From the NCBI GenBank assembly GCA_951406725.2, contig OX597831.1:47058001-47122000 (forward strand): a DNA stretch of 64,000 nucleotides, in the 5' to 3' direction. The position numbers and the translations under genes were made by a program. How positions within the stretch are numbered: position 1 is the stretch's first letter; every line of letters starts with the position of its first letter. Under the pieces are notes generated by a model. The model searched no databases, was not told the DNA's origin, and saw only the letters and a list, made by a program, of their open reading frames with translations. Shown here one piece after another: positions 12,879-26,199 of the stretch. The stretch is from Octopus vulgaris. Taxonomy: Eukaryota.

Positions 12879-13051
12879 TAAAGTTAATCCAAATATGAAA
12901 ACACAAAGAGAAAACACAACAACGCGAGGACGTGGAACAAATATAGTATTATTGGACGCTCAGGAAGGAAGGAAAGAAGGAGGGTTTAACGTTTCGAGCG
13001 GAGCTCTTCGTCAGAAACATAGGAAAAGGAAAGATCCAAAGAAGGGAAGAC
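12879..13051 (-). mobile_element. Short hammerhead-bearing repeat inserted in a (TATG)n microsatellite (Penelope-like/retrozyme-type fragment)
   Basis: Homologous to 61653-61863 in the opposite orientation. Both copies are flanked by (TATG)n. It contains a hammerhead-like motif. Confidence 0.6.
12984..13018 (-). ncRNA. Minimal type I hammerhead ribozyme motif
   Basis: Minus strand: GUUU-CUGACGA-A-GAGC ucc GCUC-GAAA-CG-UU-AAAC. Stem I is GUUU/AAAC, stem II is GAGC/GCUC, and stem III is reduced to the palindrome AACGUU. Confidence 0.65.
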
Positions 13052-13164
13052 ATGCATGTATGTATGTATGCATGTCACATGCTGTCATCTTTATGGCATT
13101 ACGCACACGAATGAAAGTAACTTAACCCTACAACAACTATATTCGTGACTAAACCAAATCCATG

Positions 13165-13177
13165 CTTTTTCTTGTCT

Positions 13178-13216
<39 letters not shown>

Positions 13217-13635
13217 TTTCTCTCTCTACTCTCTCCACACACACACACACACGTCTTTCATATCACGTTCTTTCTCGCTGAGGCCTCTTTGTCTTTCTCT
13301 TGCTCGCTCTTTCTCACTCTCTCCCTCTCTCTCTCTTTACACACACACACACGCACACACGTCTTTCATAGCATACTCTTTCTTGCTCCTCTCTCTTTGA
13401 TTCTCTCCCCCCTCTCTCTCTCTCTCTCTCTCTCCACACACGTCTTTCATATCACGTTCTTTCTCGCTGAGGCCTCTTTGTCTTTCTCTTGCTCGCTCTT
13501 TCTCCCTCTCTCTCCCTCTCTCTCTCTTTACACACACACGTCTTTCATAGCATACTCTTTCTTGCTCCTCTCTCTTTGTCTCTCTCTTTCTCTTTCTCTC
13601 CACACACGTCTTTCATATTACGCTCTTTCTCGCTC
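13165..13635. repeat. CT/CA-rich compound tandem repeat (~190-bp unit, about 2.5 copies)
   Basis: Repeated blocks cacacacgtctttcatatcacgttctttctcgctgaggcc and cacgtctttcatagcatactctttcttgctcc separated by (CT)n. A Helitron-like 3' end (cggacaacgccggg...gctagt) follows at ~14340-14365. Confidence 0.7.
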
Positions 13636-13897
13636 CGCCTTTTACGTTAGGGTTTCATGTTTGCACTTTCGAGTTAGGATAAAGATTACGTTTAAGCAGA
13701 AACTGAGGAGGGATTTTAAATATTTGAATTTGTGTGCAATTTGCTACAGAATTGAACTTGCATATGTTTGAAATTTGGATATCAAACAAAAATATATTCT
13801 TAAAAGATGAAAAATAAAAAGATCAACAAAGTGTTCTTAGTCCGAAGTGTCGCTGAGTGCTTTTTTTCTTTTTTCTAAACGATTTACTATAAGTTAG

Positions 13898-14281
13898 TGG
13901 AGGCGCAATGGCCCAGTGGTTAGGGCAGCGGACTTGCGGTCATAAGATCGCGGTTTCGATTCCCAGACCAGGCGTTGTGAGTTTTTATTGAGCGAAAACA
14001 CCTAAAAGCTCCAGGAGGCTCCGGCAGGGGATGGTGGTGATCCCTGCTGTACACTTTCACCACAACTTTCTCTCACTCTTACTTCCTGTTTCTGTTGTAC
14101 CTGTATTTCAAAGGGCCGGCCTTGTCACTCTCTGTGTCACGCTGAATATCCCCGAGAACTACGTTAAGGGTACACGTGTCTGTGGAGTGCTCAGCCACTT
14201 ACACGTTAATTTCACGAGCAGGCTGTTCCGTTGATTCGGATCAACCGGAACCCTCATCGTCGTAACCGACGGAGTGCTTCC
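13898..14281 (+). mobile_element. SINE family C (tRNA-derived), full length with 12-bp TSD
   Basis: Head tggcccagtggttagg...ggtttcgattccc. TSD actataagttag at 13886-13897 and 14282-14293. Confidence 0.85.
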
Positions 14282-16250
14282 ACTATAAGTTAGATAAAGA
14301 GCTTTGCGATGTTACAGTTAATTCTCTGAGTCATTAACTCGGACAACGCCGGGTATTTCAGCTAGTTATAGGATATACTTTTTACTTACAGGGACGAGAG
14401 GATGAGGTAGTTCCCATGGCCTTCACATGTCCTCCTCAGTCATGTCATTAATATTTCCCTTGAACCATTTTAAGTCAACGCCTACCAGAAAGACATGAAC
14501 CGGGAGAAAAATTTTAGAGGCTTGATGTTCTGTGTAGAAAGGACGACGTATAGTGGCTAGACTCAAGGGTTCTGAGAAGAGGGGAAACGAGCGGGTGAGG
14601 AGTACTTGAGTGGTGGTGGTGGTATAAACCGAGTTAGCTCCGATAAGCAGAAGCCATTATACTAACGGTGGAAAAGTTAAGAGTGGAAACAACGACCCTG
14701 TGAGCCAGAGACTAGAGCATGTTTGTGAGTGACTTGATGCTAATCGGCCAGGTTGCTATTTTGGGGGTATGCGGTCGGACATACGTGTGTGCAGTAGCAG
14801 CAGAACTGTTCCATATATGAGATTTATATTCATTTGTGGACTATCAATGATTGTTGGGGACCAAAATACCTGCTGGTCCTGAAGAGAAGCCAGTCGTTAG
14901 AATGTGGTCTAGCTACGTTAATTGAAGTCTCTAGGTAGAGGAGGCACAAGGCCCGTCAACTCCGAAAAACCGAGGCCATTGTAGCAGCAATAGAAAAGAT
15001 AAAAAGAGGATACAGTACAACCCTGAGTCAAGAACTGGAGTGTGTTTGTGAGTGGGCTTATGGCAGTCAACTGACCAGTCTTTCAAGGAGCGGACCGAAT
15101 GTATTAAGAGCCCTCGGGCATAACTTTTCACCGGGCCCCTTGGCATTGGTAACAAAGAGAGTTAACATGTAGAGTGCGGGCCCCTCAGAGCTCCGGACTC
15201 TTGGGCAGTGCCCGATTGACCGACGGCTGAGTCCGCCCCTAAGTCTTTCTATGGATGTGGTACGGAATGTTAGTGTGTGTAGCAATAACACCGTCCCAAA
15301 TGTGGTTGTAATACTCCATCGTGGGTCTCATTTAAGCTTTGTAATGTAAGCAGTTGTTGAGAGTTGTTAATAATCTGGCCTTGAAGAGAAGAGCTAAGCT
15401 TTTGTGTTGTGATCCCAGCGATAAACAAATATATTCATGTTGACAACTTCAATTTGAAATATGACTAAGACATTAAAATTATCTAAACCAGATTAAAAAA
15501 AACAAAATTGCAGTTCAAGGGAGGTAACCTTTACTCTTCGCCATGTTACAATGAATATTTAACACTTAAAGAGAGCGGTAAAAAAATAGGTGGATTTATC
15601 CCTTACCCTTTCTACTATTCTTTTTTCTCTTCTCTTGCTATGTACGAGTTTTCTTTTTATGAGGATAGGGAAGAAGTATTTGCAGCATTAGTCTTGAACG
15701 CATGCAGATTCTCCTGACCATGAATTAGTTAGCAGAGTTATTTCCCTTGTTCACTGACACACCACAACATTGTAAGCCTCAGAAAGAGATTTCATCGTAT
15801 GTCTATGTGGTCAACATTCCGATGCCTTGACTGAACCACAATTATACGAATAAATAAATGTTTACCCATTAGAATTTATAAATGTTATTATTAATAGACG
15901 TAGTGAATACAAAAGAACTAGCCTTCAGGATGCAGTAGCGTAATTAACAATGATCCCTTCCAACTAAACCCAAGGCCAATTTACTCTATTTTAACTCTAG
16001 GATGCATAATGGAAAAATAAATCGCATCTAGTAGTTCATACGTGCGTTGTTTTATCGACCTTAGAAAGAGGAAAAGCAAATTTGACTTTGAATTTGATAT
16101 CAAATGTTGCCCGAAGCTCTAACAATTCGCTCAGCCCACTTAAGAATTTAAAAATTCATTTGAAGATACAGTAATCCATCGCCATATCGCGGTTTATTAT
16201 TTAAGCTTGCGTCGATTCCTCCGTGATGTTGTTTTGCCTTTATAATAAAA

Positions 16251-16763
16251 CTAGCAGTATCGCCCGGCGTTGCTCGGGTTTGTAAGGGAAATAACTATAT
16301 AAGCATTTTTAGAGAGTTACTTCCCTTATAGATGCCAATTCGGGCTTTCTTAGCCATTTCTGTTTTGGTGTCTTCAAGCCATGAAGTCGTTGTTCTAAAA
16401 GAACGCTGGTCTCCTTGACAACGCTTTACGACGTTGATTTCCTTACACTCCCTTCCCCACAGCTTCACGAGGGAGGGAAGAAGGGGGAGAAGCAAACAGG
16501 TGCAGGTGTGACCATGGACGCCAACTCCGCCGCCATCGACACACGAAAAATTATGCATTAAAATGGAATAAAAAATTATGTTAAATTATTTTAAAAATCG
16601 TAGACTCATCGTAGACGCGCGCTAATACTCAGACGGGCTCGATATGAATCACGACTATAAGATCCCCGAATTTGGTTAAACTGCACCGCAAAATGTGGGA
16701 GTAGTTAGGAATCTAAATCGAAGGGGACAGACACTCACACAACTACAGTTTTATATATATAGA
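16251..16763 (-). mobile_element. Non-autonomous Helitron
   Basis: TC...hairpin-CTAG termini, inserted at A|T. Internal sequence is shared with 58065-58453. Confidence 0.75.
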
Positions 16764-16768
16764 TAGAT

Positions 16769-17190
16769 GGATCTTTTCTGTTTGAACGGCAGTTTTTAAC
16801 ATAATTTCTGGGTAACTAAAAAATTTTAAACTTCGTATACTGGTAGAATGTGTTTATAAATCATCTTTTTCTCTTGACTTTATTGAGAAAATTCTATAGT
16901 TTGTAAGATATTTGTTGTTGTTTTTTTCTTCAATTTCTGCAATTTCAACCAATCAAATACGTCTATTGAGGTAAAAAAAAACATTCTGTGCCGTATGAAT
17001 ATGTCCCTCGTTTAAGAAACAGATTGGGTTTATTTACATTTGTGAAGAAAAAAAGATACCCTTCCTCCCACCCCTAACCCTAACCCTAAAACAGATTGAA
17101 ATGCAATAGATCGATACTAGGGTCATAATTATGGGTGACAATTTCATATGACATCGCTAGAAAAAACTGCCGTTCAAACCGAAAAGATCC
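16769..17190. mobile_element. MITE with ~30-bp TIRs and an 8-bp TSD (hAT-like)
   Basis: TIRs ggatcttttctgtttgaacggcagttttt / aaaaactgccgttcaaaccgaaaagatcc (one mismatch). TSD aaatagat is recovered once the Helitron is removed. There is an internal (CCCTAA)3. Confidence 0.75.
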
Positions 17191-18480
17191 AAATAGATAT
17201 ATACAAATTATAAAAATGATTTTAAAAAATACGGTACAGTACTGGAGTGGCTGTGTGGTAAGTAGCTTGCTAACCATCCACTTGGTTCCGGGTTCAGTCC
17301 CACTGAGTGACATCTTGAGCAAGTGTCTTCTGCTATAGCCCCGGGCCGACCAATGCCTTGTGAGTGGATTTGATAGGCGGAAACTGAAAGAAGCCTGTCG
17401 TATATATGTATATATGTATATATATATGTGTGTATGTTTGTCCCCCTAGCATTGCTTGACAACCGATGCTGGTGTGTTTACGTCCTCGTCACTTAGCGGT
17501 TCGGCAAAAGAGACCGATAGAATAAGTACTGGGCTTACAAAGAATAAGTCCCGGGGTCGATTTGCTCGACTAAAGGCGGTGCTCCAGCATGGCCGCAGTC
17601 AAATGACTGAAACAAGTAAAAGAGAGAGAGTACTGTTTCTACTTCGCAGATTTCACCCGCGATAGTCGGGGGGTTACTGTATACATTTTTAAAGCCATAG
17701 AATTTGTAAATATTGGTTTCAAATTTTGACACAAGGTCAACAATTTCGGGGGAGAGGCTAAGTCGATTACATCGAACCTCACGGATCAAATTTTCATTCT
17801 TTCGAGGTCAATAAAATAACCAAAACTCGGCGAAGGTAAAGAATACACAGACCCAATGTTTAGAGTTAGGGTTGAGGGCTAGTTTTAGGGTTAGGTTAGG
17901 ATTTTTGTTACGCTGAAATCAGGTGGTGTACGTATTCTTTACCTCCGCTACAAAACTCTTCCCGCTATTTCCGAAAATCTTTTTCATTTCAAAATCCGAT
18001 ATAATCAGAATTTACTCCACCTGAAAGGAATTTGTAGAAAAAAATTTTGTTTTTTAAATTTATTTTATTCTGAAAGTTATGAGAAAACAATGTAGGTGGA
18101 GGCATTGCACTCGTGTAAGTATGCACTTTTTAAGACAAAGGTTGTGATTTGAGGGGGATTTGACTACTATCTATAAAAGATGGAACAACATAAAGGCTTT
18201 TTCGTTGGCCCTTTGTTAAATCAGATGTTGATACATTCGTTTCAGCATGATTTTTTAACCCTGCGTTTAACACTTTTTTATTTTGCTTGTTTTTATTTTA
18301 ATTTTTCTGAAGTAGCTTTTTATAATAACGGAAATTCTAGATCGTGCCATGGGGGAGTGCGAAGTGTTTTAATTAATTATTATTATTATTTTTATTTTTT
18401 TATTTTAACGAGACACTAATTAGAATGAGGGGATTTACAAGTGCAGTATACACACATACCCCTCCACACACACAATCTTA

Positions 18481-18955
18481 TTTGGCGAGCCGCTAAGTTA
18501 TTTTATCGATCGAGTTTGCCGAACCGCTATATCATTTTATCGATCTCGTTTGGCGGACCGATAAGTCGATCACGTTTCTAGAAACGCTAAGTCATTTTAT
18601 CGATCATATTTGGCGAACTGCTAAGTCATTTTATCGATCTCGTTTGTCGAACCCCTATTCATTTTCTCGATCTCGTTTGGCGAACCGCTAGATCATTTTA
18701 TCGATTATGTTTGGCGAAACGCTAAGTCATTTTATCGATCTGTTTTGGCTAACCGCTAGAACATTTTATCGTTTTTGTTTAGCGAAATGCTAAGTCATTT
18801 TATCGATCGTGTTTGGCAAAACGCTAAGTGATTTTATCGATCATGATTGGCGAAACGCTAAGTAATTTTATGCTTCATTTTTGGCGAACCGCTAACTCAT
18901 TTTATCGATCTTGTTTAGCGAAACGCTAAGTCATTTTATCAATCTCGTTTGGCGA
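18481..18955. repeat. 34-bp minisatellite, about 14 degenerate copies
   Basis: Unit approximately gtttggcgaaccgctaagtcattttatcgatctc. Confidence 0.85.
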
Positions 18956-21124
18956 AAAAAAAATTTTTTTCTTACACACACGGCTTCGTTTTTTTCACTA
19001 TTGCTTATATTCCACAAATTTCTATCATCGTAATCTATACCGTTTGAAAGGCCATGGAGAGTTTTCCTTGAAATCTATCATTCGTTTCATTTTCAATATC
19101 GTCACATTTGAAAACTAGTGTTCGAGAATGGAGAATTTCAATATTCGTGAAAATTGAAATTTTGATTATTACGAATGCATCAACACTTCCCATTGTAACA
19201 ATCAAAAGTCAGTTGAGTTTCTTCGTTCACACGGAGTATTACTAAACGTAGTGATATGCCCACATTGAAACAACGATGGAAAAATGCCTCCCTTTAATAA
19301 TTTTGAAGATAGCACGCATAGAAATATATACACATAGAAACATTGAAAGACTTTGGAGAGACCATAAAAGAATCGATCCAAAAGCCAGGAATTTGATCAA
19401 AATATCTGCAACAATATCTTGCAAGATATTGATTTATAACTTCTCAACATGAAGGAAGTTTGTTGCACAAGTTCTTCATGGAGGCAACTAAGTTATACCT
19501 TCCTCTCTCGAATCGTTGCCGTCAAATAATTACAAACCAAGACGAAGGTATGTATCTGTATGTTTGCGCAAATTTTTGTTTTCATATTCATTCGTTTTCC
19601 ACACATTTTTTTTACACATATTAGACCTTTTTTTTTCTTTTTTTGCTTGTTTTGACGACTGGGTGCTAAACTAGATCCTGAAAATTATGAAGGAAAAAAA
19701 CGGATCGTGTGAATTTTTCAACAGTCTTCTCCCCACAAATTTCTTTTTAATCGTAATTTATGTTGTTTGAAAGGTGTTTCTGTAAAATTTCATTAAAAGT
19801 TATCCATTTTCCTGAAAGTTATGGGGGGAAAAAAATCGGATCGTGTGAATTTTCCGACAGTCCTCTCCCCACCCTTTCAGTAAACACTTTCCCCACAAAT
19901 TTCTTTATAATCGTAATCTATGCCATTTGAGCGGTATTTCTATACAATTTCACTAATACATATCCATTTTCCTGAAAGTTATGAGGGAAAAATTGGATCT
20001 TGTGAATTTTCCGAAAGTCCTCTCCCCACCTCACCCCCGTTCGTTTGCGATAATTTTTGTTTTCATATTCGCTTTCTACACATTTTTTTTTACACCTATT
20101 AGACTTGGGGTTTTTTGTTGTTTTTTTTTTTGCTTTTGTGACCGGGAGTTAAACTATATATTAACCTTTTTGCCTCGCCTCGTAGAGCTTTTGTACTTTG
20201 TTAGCAGCAGTTGATTTCAAATGATCCGTTGTTAAGGAGTAAGTTAGAGTCGCCAGATAAGCAATAGTTAACTGGTTTAACTATTTAAGAGATTTATATA
20301 GTATGTCGACCATCCTGTACAGATTGGCGGAAATGGTTCCCTCAATTCGTTAAATACCTTCGACAGTATTATCCAGGCTAAGTCTTATATTTTAGTTTAT
20401 TATTAAACAAATTATAATAAAATAAAACAAAAGCTTTCTTTAAAAAATCGGATTTTACAGTCACCATTTAGGCGAGTTTCCAGCAGTTGACGAGTTCTGT
20501 CATCTGGTTCACAAAACGAAATATCGCTTCATAACCATTCCACTAAAGTACAGCAGTTGTAAATACGCAAACAATAATCAGTTTGCAGATTCTAAATTGC
20601 TTATGCCCGTATATACAAATCTGGAGACCGTTCAATTTATTTGATCTCACGTTATTCAATTTCATTTTATTTTAATTTAATTTTTAAGGCGTAAAAAAGA
20701 ATAAAGCACAAACCGGGCGGAAAAAAAAGAAGATTCATGTTGTAACGAATAAGTGTTCCGTTGTTTATACAACTGATAACTAGTATGAAGTGATTAACGA
20801 TAGGAAGAGCTGAAAGTTCTACTATTAACCACTTAACCGTAAATTAGGAGTGGAATATAATTTTAAGCAATTAGACAAACCGCGGCAATCTGTCACACAA
20901 AACAATGGTTGTAGTAAGATTTGAATTTAATCTGGTATTTTGGCTTCCCAAGATGTATAATTGAAGGAGTCTGCCTGTCTTTAATTTTACTTATTTATTT
21001 ACTGATTTCTTGTTTTGTTTTTTTTTTTCTTATATTTTTTTCTCAATTTTCTTAGTTTACTTTTGTATATTGTTCTTTTGCACTGAATTATTGTCAAGAA
21101 ATCTACTTTATTAATAGGTGCAAT

Positions 21125-21290
21125 TTTAGAAGCTAAGAAGCCTTTTCAACTACTGAGACAAATGAGAGAATTAGTGAAGGATAACCCACTCGAAGAGTCA
21201 ATGTTACGATAGCACTTTTTCTCGCGCTTCCCTTCAAATACACTAGCCATTTTAACATTTATAAGTGGGTAGTGTTGGCTAACTTGGCAG
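21125..21290 (+). mobile_element. Gypsy-type LTR retrotransposon gag remnant
   Basis: Translates LEAKKPFQLLRQMRELVKDNPLEESMLR*HFFSRFPSNTLAILT, resembling the KPSQLLR.MR.L...LR..F..RLP....IL motif of invertebrate Gypsy gag. It has an in-frame stop. Confidence 0.55.
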
Positions 21291-21296
21291 ATGGTA

Positions 21297-21680
21297 TCTC
21301 TCTCTATATAAACGGCAGTTTGTCTGTGTGTGTGTCTGTGTGTCTGTTAGGTTGTACCCTCACCCTGACCACGGCTTTCAACCGATTCTGATGAAACTTG
21401 ACACACACATAGCACAATGTCATAATTCAAAACTAACGCAGCGAAAATTTTGAAAAGTTCCCCCAGTTCTGAAAAAAATCGATAAATTCGACATGGGGTC
21501 GAGAATCAGAAACACAAACCACAGACTGTCTAGGGGACGCAACTCCACCTTTTTAACTCTCAAAAAAAATTTACCATCATTTTTTTTCCATTTGTTTGCT
21601 ATTTTTTGGCTATAACTCTCTAAAAATGCTTTATAGTTATTTCCCTTACAAACCCGAGCAACGCCGGGCGATACTGCTAG
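21297..21680 (+). mobile_element. Non-autonomous Helitron
   Basis: A|TCtctctctatataaa ... cccgagcaacgccgggcgatactgCTAG|T. Confidence 0.75.
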
Positions 21681-22901
21681 TTATGGATATTTCCTCTTCA
21701 AATACTTATTCCCCTATGTTTGTCTCTTCTATTTCCTCTAAGTTGGCGATATTTCGTAAGACAACAGAAAACAGCATTCAGGCTTTAACAGATAAGCTCA
21801 AACACTTGCAATTCTCCAGATATTTTTACACGCTCGAATTCTCATAGCTGAAGGACTTCTAAAAGGCGTTCTTTCAGTCCTCGTAACAGACCTACGGTGT
21901 TTTGTTGGTATCATAATTGTTTTGGTTTTAATGCACATAAGCCTGTTCAACCATGTCCCTTCAAGTCAACGGTTCAACCACGGGAAAGCGGCATCACCAG
22001 GGATTAAGAGCGACTACATCCCTGAGTGACCTTTCGACATACTCTTTTTACTCTTTTTACTTGTTTCAGTCATTTGACTGCGGCCATGCTGGAGCACCGC
22101 CTTTAGTCGAGCAAATCGACCCCGGGACTTATTCTTTGTAAGCCCAGTACTTATTCTATCGGACCCTTTTGCCGAACCGCTAGGTAACGGGGACGTAAAC
22201 ACACCAGCATCGGTTGTCAAGCAATGCTAGGGGAACAAACACAGACACACAAACATATTCACACACACTTATATATATATAAGTGTGTACGACAGGCTTC
22301 TTTCAGTTTCCGTCTACCAAATCCACTCACAAGGCATTGGTCGGCCCGGGGCTATAGCAGAAGACACGTGCCCAAGATGCCACGCAGTGGGACTGAACCC
22401 GGAACCATGTGGTTGGTTAGCAAGCTACTTACCAAACAGCCACTCCTGCGCCTATTAATGCATGTCGCAGGATTTTTTTTTCTTTTTTGACACCATTTTT
22501 AAGTGTCGAATCCTAATAGATATAGGAGCAGCTTGTATCATTTGGCCAGGGAAATTCATATGCGATTCATAGAGACCATCAACTAATACATTACAAGCTG
22601 TTAACCATCCTTCTATTTCCACTTACAATGAGACATCTATGACCTTGTATCTTAATTTGGAGAGTCAGTTCAAGTGGATCTTTACAATTGTGGATTTTCC
22701 ATATTCTATTTTCTGTGCGGAATCTGGTAATGTTGGAGCTTATTCTTCTATGTTCCTCTCTTCTACTTCTTCTAAGTCGGCGATATTTCGTAAGAACAGA
22801 AAACAGCATTCAGGCTTTAACAGATACGCTCAAACACTTGCAATTCTCCAGATATTCTACACGTTCGAATTCTCGTGGCTGGAGTACTTCTCAAATGTGT
22901 T

Positions 22902-23424
22902 TGTAGTGAGTCAAGGAAGCCATATTTCGTTATCGCGGATTAGTGCATTTGTACTTAGGCAACAGCAGCCGATCAGAGCTGGTGGTGTACCTATAAAATC
23001 AGCAGTCATAAGCCCTGCAAAGGGATGTGCCTTTTTTGGCAGTAAGTTAGTAGAAGACTTCGATGCCACAACCGTAGAGGAACAGATCTACATGACCGTC
23101 AGCGAACAGATCCTACGGCCATCAGCGAACAACATTGCACAACCGTCAGCGAACAGATCTCCACAACCATCAGCAGACAGATCTTGACATTTCACGCCAG
23201 CTTTCGCGCCACCGGTTGTTGCCTGTCCGTTTTTTTTACATCCTTAGCACTGCAAACTTCTATCCTATTTGTGCAATTGTATGTTTTCATAGCTTCCCTC
23301 TGACTCCTACATATATACGCTCACTTTGCTCAGCGCTTGTTTACACTTCCAAATAAATTAATATGCCATCTGACATTTATTTCTACATACACTTATTTCC
23401 ACGTCATACTGGGACATTGTTACA
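22902..23424 (+). mobile_element. Possible solo LTR
   Basis: Begins tgtag and ends ttaca, with tataaaa at ~22992, AATAAA at ~23352 and internal short tandem repeats (cagcgaacagatc). No clear TSD. Confidence 0.35.
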
Positions 23425-24609
23425 TTCAAATACGCGACAACCAGCATCGTTACAAACATTTAAAATTATTAAATTGATGACAACTCTAAAACCGTTACAC
23501 TGGTGAACAGTTTCTCTACGAATTATTACACGGTCTTTCAGTCCGCGTAGCAGATTTACGTTTTGATGTTAATGCACGTAAGTCTGTTCAACCATGTCCT
23601 TTCAAGTCGTCTGTTCAACCGCGAGAAAACGGCATCGCCAGGGATTAAGTGCGACTGTATCCCTGAGTGATCTTTCGATATATCGCGGACATCATTTCAA
23701 AGCGTCGAACCTTGATAGATGTAGGAGCAGCATGCAGCATTTGGCCAGGGACATTCTTATGCGATTCGCAGAGAACATCAGCTATTACATTATAAGCTGT
23801 TAACCATTCTCCTATTTCCACTTACAATGAGATATCTATGACTTTGTATCTTAATTTGGAGTGTCAGTTCAAGTGGATACAATTGCGGGTTTTCCATATC
23901 CTCTTCTCCGACTCTGTCCTGCATAATTTTGGTCTTCTTGGAAATTTTAGACACTGGCAATTGATAGATTTGGAAACAGTTTTGTCTGTACAGGATGTGT
24001 ACAATAAAACTGTTACGGTCATTCCCCTTTTCTTTGCATCCTCAGCATACGACCCTTAAGAAATTTTCAGGCATCACTCGCATTGTTATTAATAACGAAA
24101 GTCCAGTACACTCTGTTACATCACTGAGGGACCTCCTGTTTCATTGTCACCTAGGCGACTCACCGCTGACAAACTAAAATTAGGTAAGGTGGAAGGAACC
24201 CGGTAAAGAATGTATAAAACAAAAGGCGGTAACTTTAACACTTTATTGTGGTCACACGCATATACACAATGGAATGATGAATAGAATGGTTGAACTTTTA
24301 TATAAATATATATATATCTACAGGCATCTGCGTGATTTGTATGTAAGCTGTTAACCTTGGTGAGAAACTCACAAACAGCGATGTAGGAACCAGAGCAGAT
24401 TTTTGGTGCTGTGTAGACGTTGACGACGTTGGTGAGAGACATCTGGTGTGGAGACGAAGATGGAGGTCGCTGCAAGGTGGTCAGTGGTTAGACATTAGAA
24501 ACTCTAGAATCAACTGAGATTCTTTATTGTCTACTAGAGATCAGACAAGTGACTGGACTTCAATTTGTTCATCGTCTTGATAACTAACTATAGCGCATCA
24601 TTCAATCTG

Positions 24610-25476
24610 CTGTTCATATTTTTGCCACTAAGTGCTGCCGGTGTGTCAAGCAATGAACAGTTAGTATCTGGTGGGAAATTTCACGCATTAGGAGAGATGA
24701 AAAACCTCTGTATCTTCCTATCATTGAAGGGGTTCCATCTGATGCACAGGCAAGAATATTACTGAGTAGGATATTATGTTCAAAAAGGAAAGACTTGAGA
24801 GTGTGAAAAATAGTTGGACCTTTTGAATCAAGCGACAATTTCTCTGTGAACAGCATTTCCTCACAAGGTTGAAGGTCATCACTGAAATATCGAACTTATA
24901 CCATCATCAAACATTGATTGTCCATAACAGTTGATTCATCCATTTGTATAGAAAATTCAGAATGCCGGAGAATATTAATGAGCTGATGTTTGACACTGTT
25001 GGCCATTTCATCGATGCGTTAAGAAATTGTGTTATTATTAAGTGGGATCTTCTTCATGATGTTATCAGGTTTTTCGCGCATAACGGTTGACAAAACCTCT
25101 TCGATAACCGGGCGAAGTAATGTTTCTCCAATTGTGTGAGACTTCCCAAACTTAGCAACAAGCAATGCAATGTTGTACGATGCAATCAACCCATCATTCT
25201 CCAGTTTACTAGTTTCCTGGAATAGCGTGCTGAATGTTTGTATATGCTTTTTAAAGAGGAGCTCGGTCGCAAAAAGTATGATAAGGGCTTGTCCTTCTTA
25301 TCAGAATGCTTTGCATCAAAGTGATACTTCAAGCATGAAGGTTTCATTGCTTCGTTGGTCAATGTTTGATGGCAAAAAAGGCACATTGGTAACTGACAGT
25401 TCTGAGGAGAGGGAATAAATCCAAACGATAAATAATCACTACTGTACTGGCGACAAATTTTCTTGACTTGAGGCAT
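24610..25476 (-). mobile_element. hAT (Buster/ZBED5/SCAND3-like) transposase pseudogene
   Basis: RQYSSDYLSFGFI...PMCLFCHQTLTNEAMKPSCLKYHFDAKH (BED finger) and ACASDGTPSMIG...VHCLTHRQHLVAK (catalytic D, CxxH). It is frameshifted and truncated. Confidence 0.85.
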
Positions 25477-26199
25477 CAGTAAAGTGAAAATGTGAAAACA
25501 AATTTCTACAGACGGCGTCAGAAAGGCAGTATGGTATTCCCAAAGAGAAGAAGTCAACAGAGCAGAGTCAGATGACACGTTTTTACTGGAGCAAATACGG
25601 ATCTAGTTCGTTTGGCTGTCAGCATTTCAAAAATTAAAGTTTATTGAACATTTTTTTAATTTGGCTCATTAATGTACCTTTCCAAGCTAAATTGCTGGAG
25701 TTATTCAACTTTTTCCAGAAAAATGTTTTTAAAAAGTTATAGAGGTTTAAAGTTTGATCATTTTCACCCAGTCAAGAAACACGATTTCAAAGCTGTCATT
25801 TTGTGCGCGACTGCACATTTTGTCAACATTTCGAAAAGAGCACTTGTGTGTTTTGATATGAAACAGCAGAATTACGCACGATATATAACTTTAAAAATTT
25901 TTTTGAGTTTTCAGAAAATGTTTGCGAATTTGAATTCTATACGCGTGACTTCATACGATTATGCACAAAAAAAAATTGTGGTGGAGTGTGATTTAAGGTT
26001 AGGCCTATTTGGGTGCTATTTTTAGCACACATGACAACCATCTCATTGACTGTGACAAAAAAATTCGATCGGCAAACAAGTCTGCTTTTTTAATACAAAG
26101 TGATGTCTCATGCGAGTAGTCAAATCGATAAAAGCGCATCCTTATTCTAGACATGCCTAGATATCAGCAAAGGCAGACTTAATTTCTAAAAACTTATGC

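Noticed and set aside
14520-15450. GC-richer anonymous block, possibly a solo LTR
   Set aside because: No TSD, second copy or coding remnant could be established.
18481-18955. CRISPR-like regular repeats
   Set aside because: Units are head-to-tail with no unique spacers, the context is eukaryotic and there are no cas genes.
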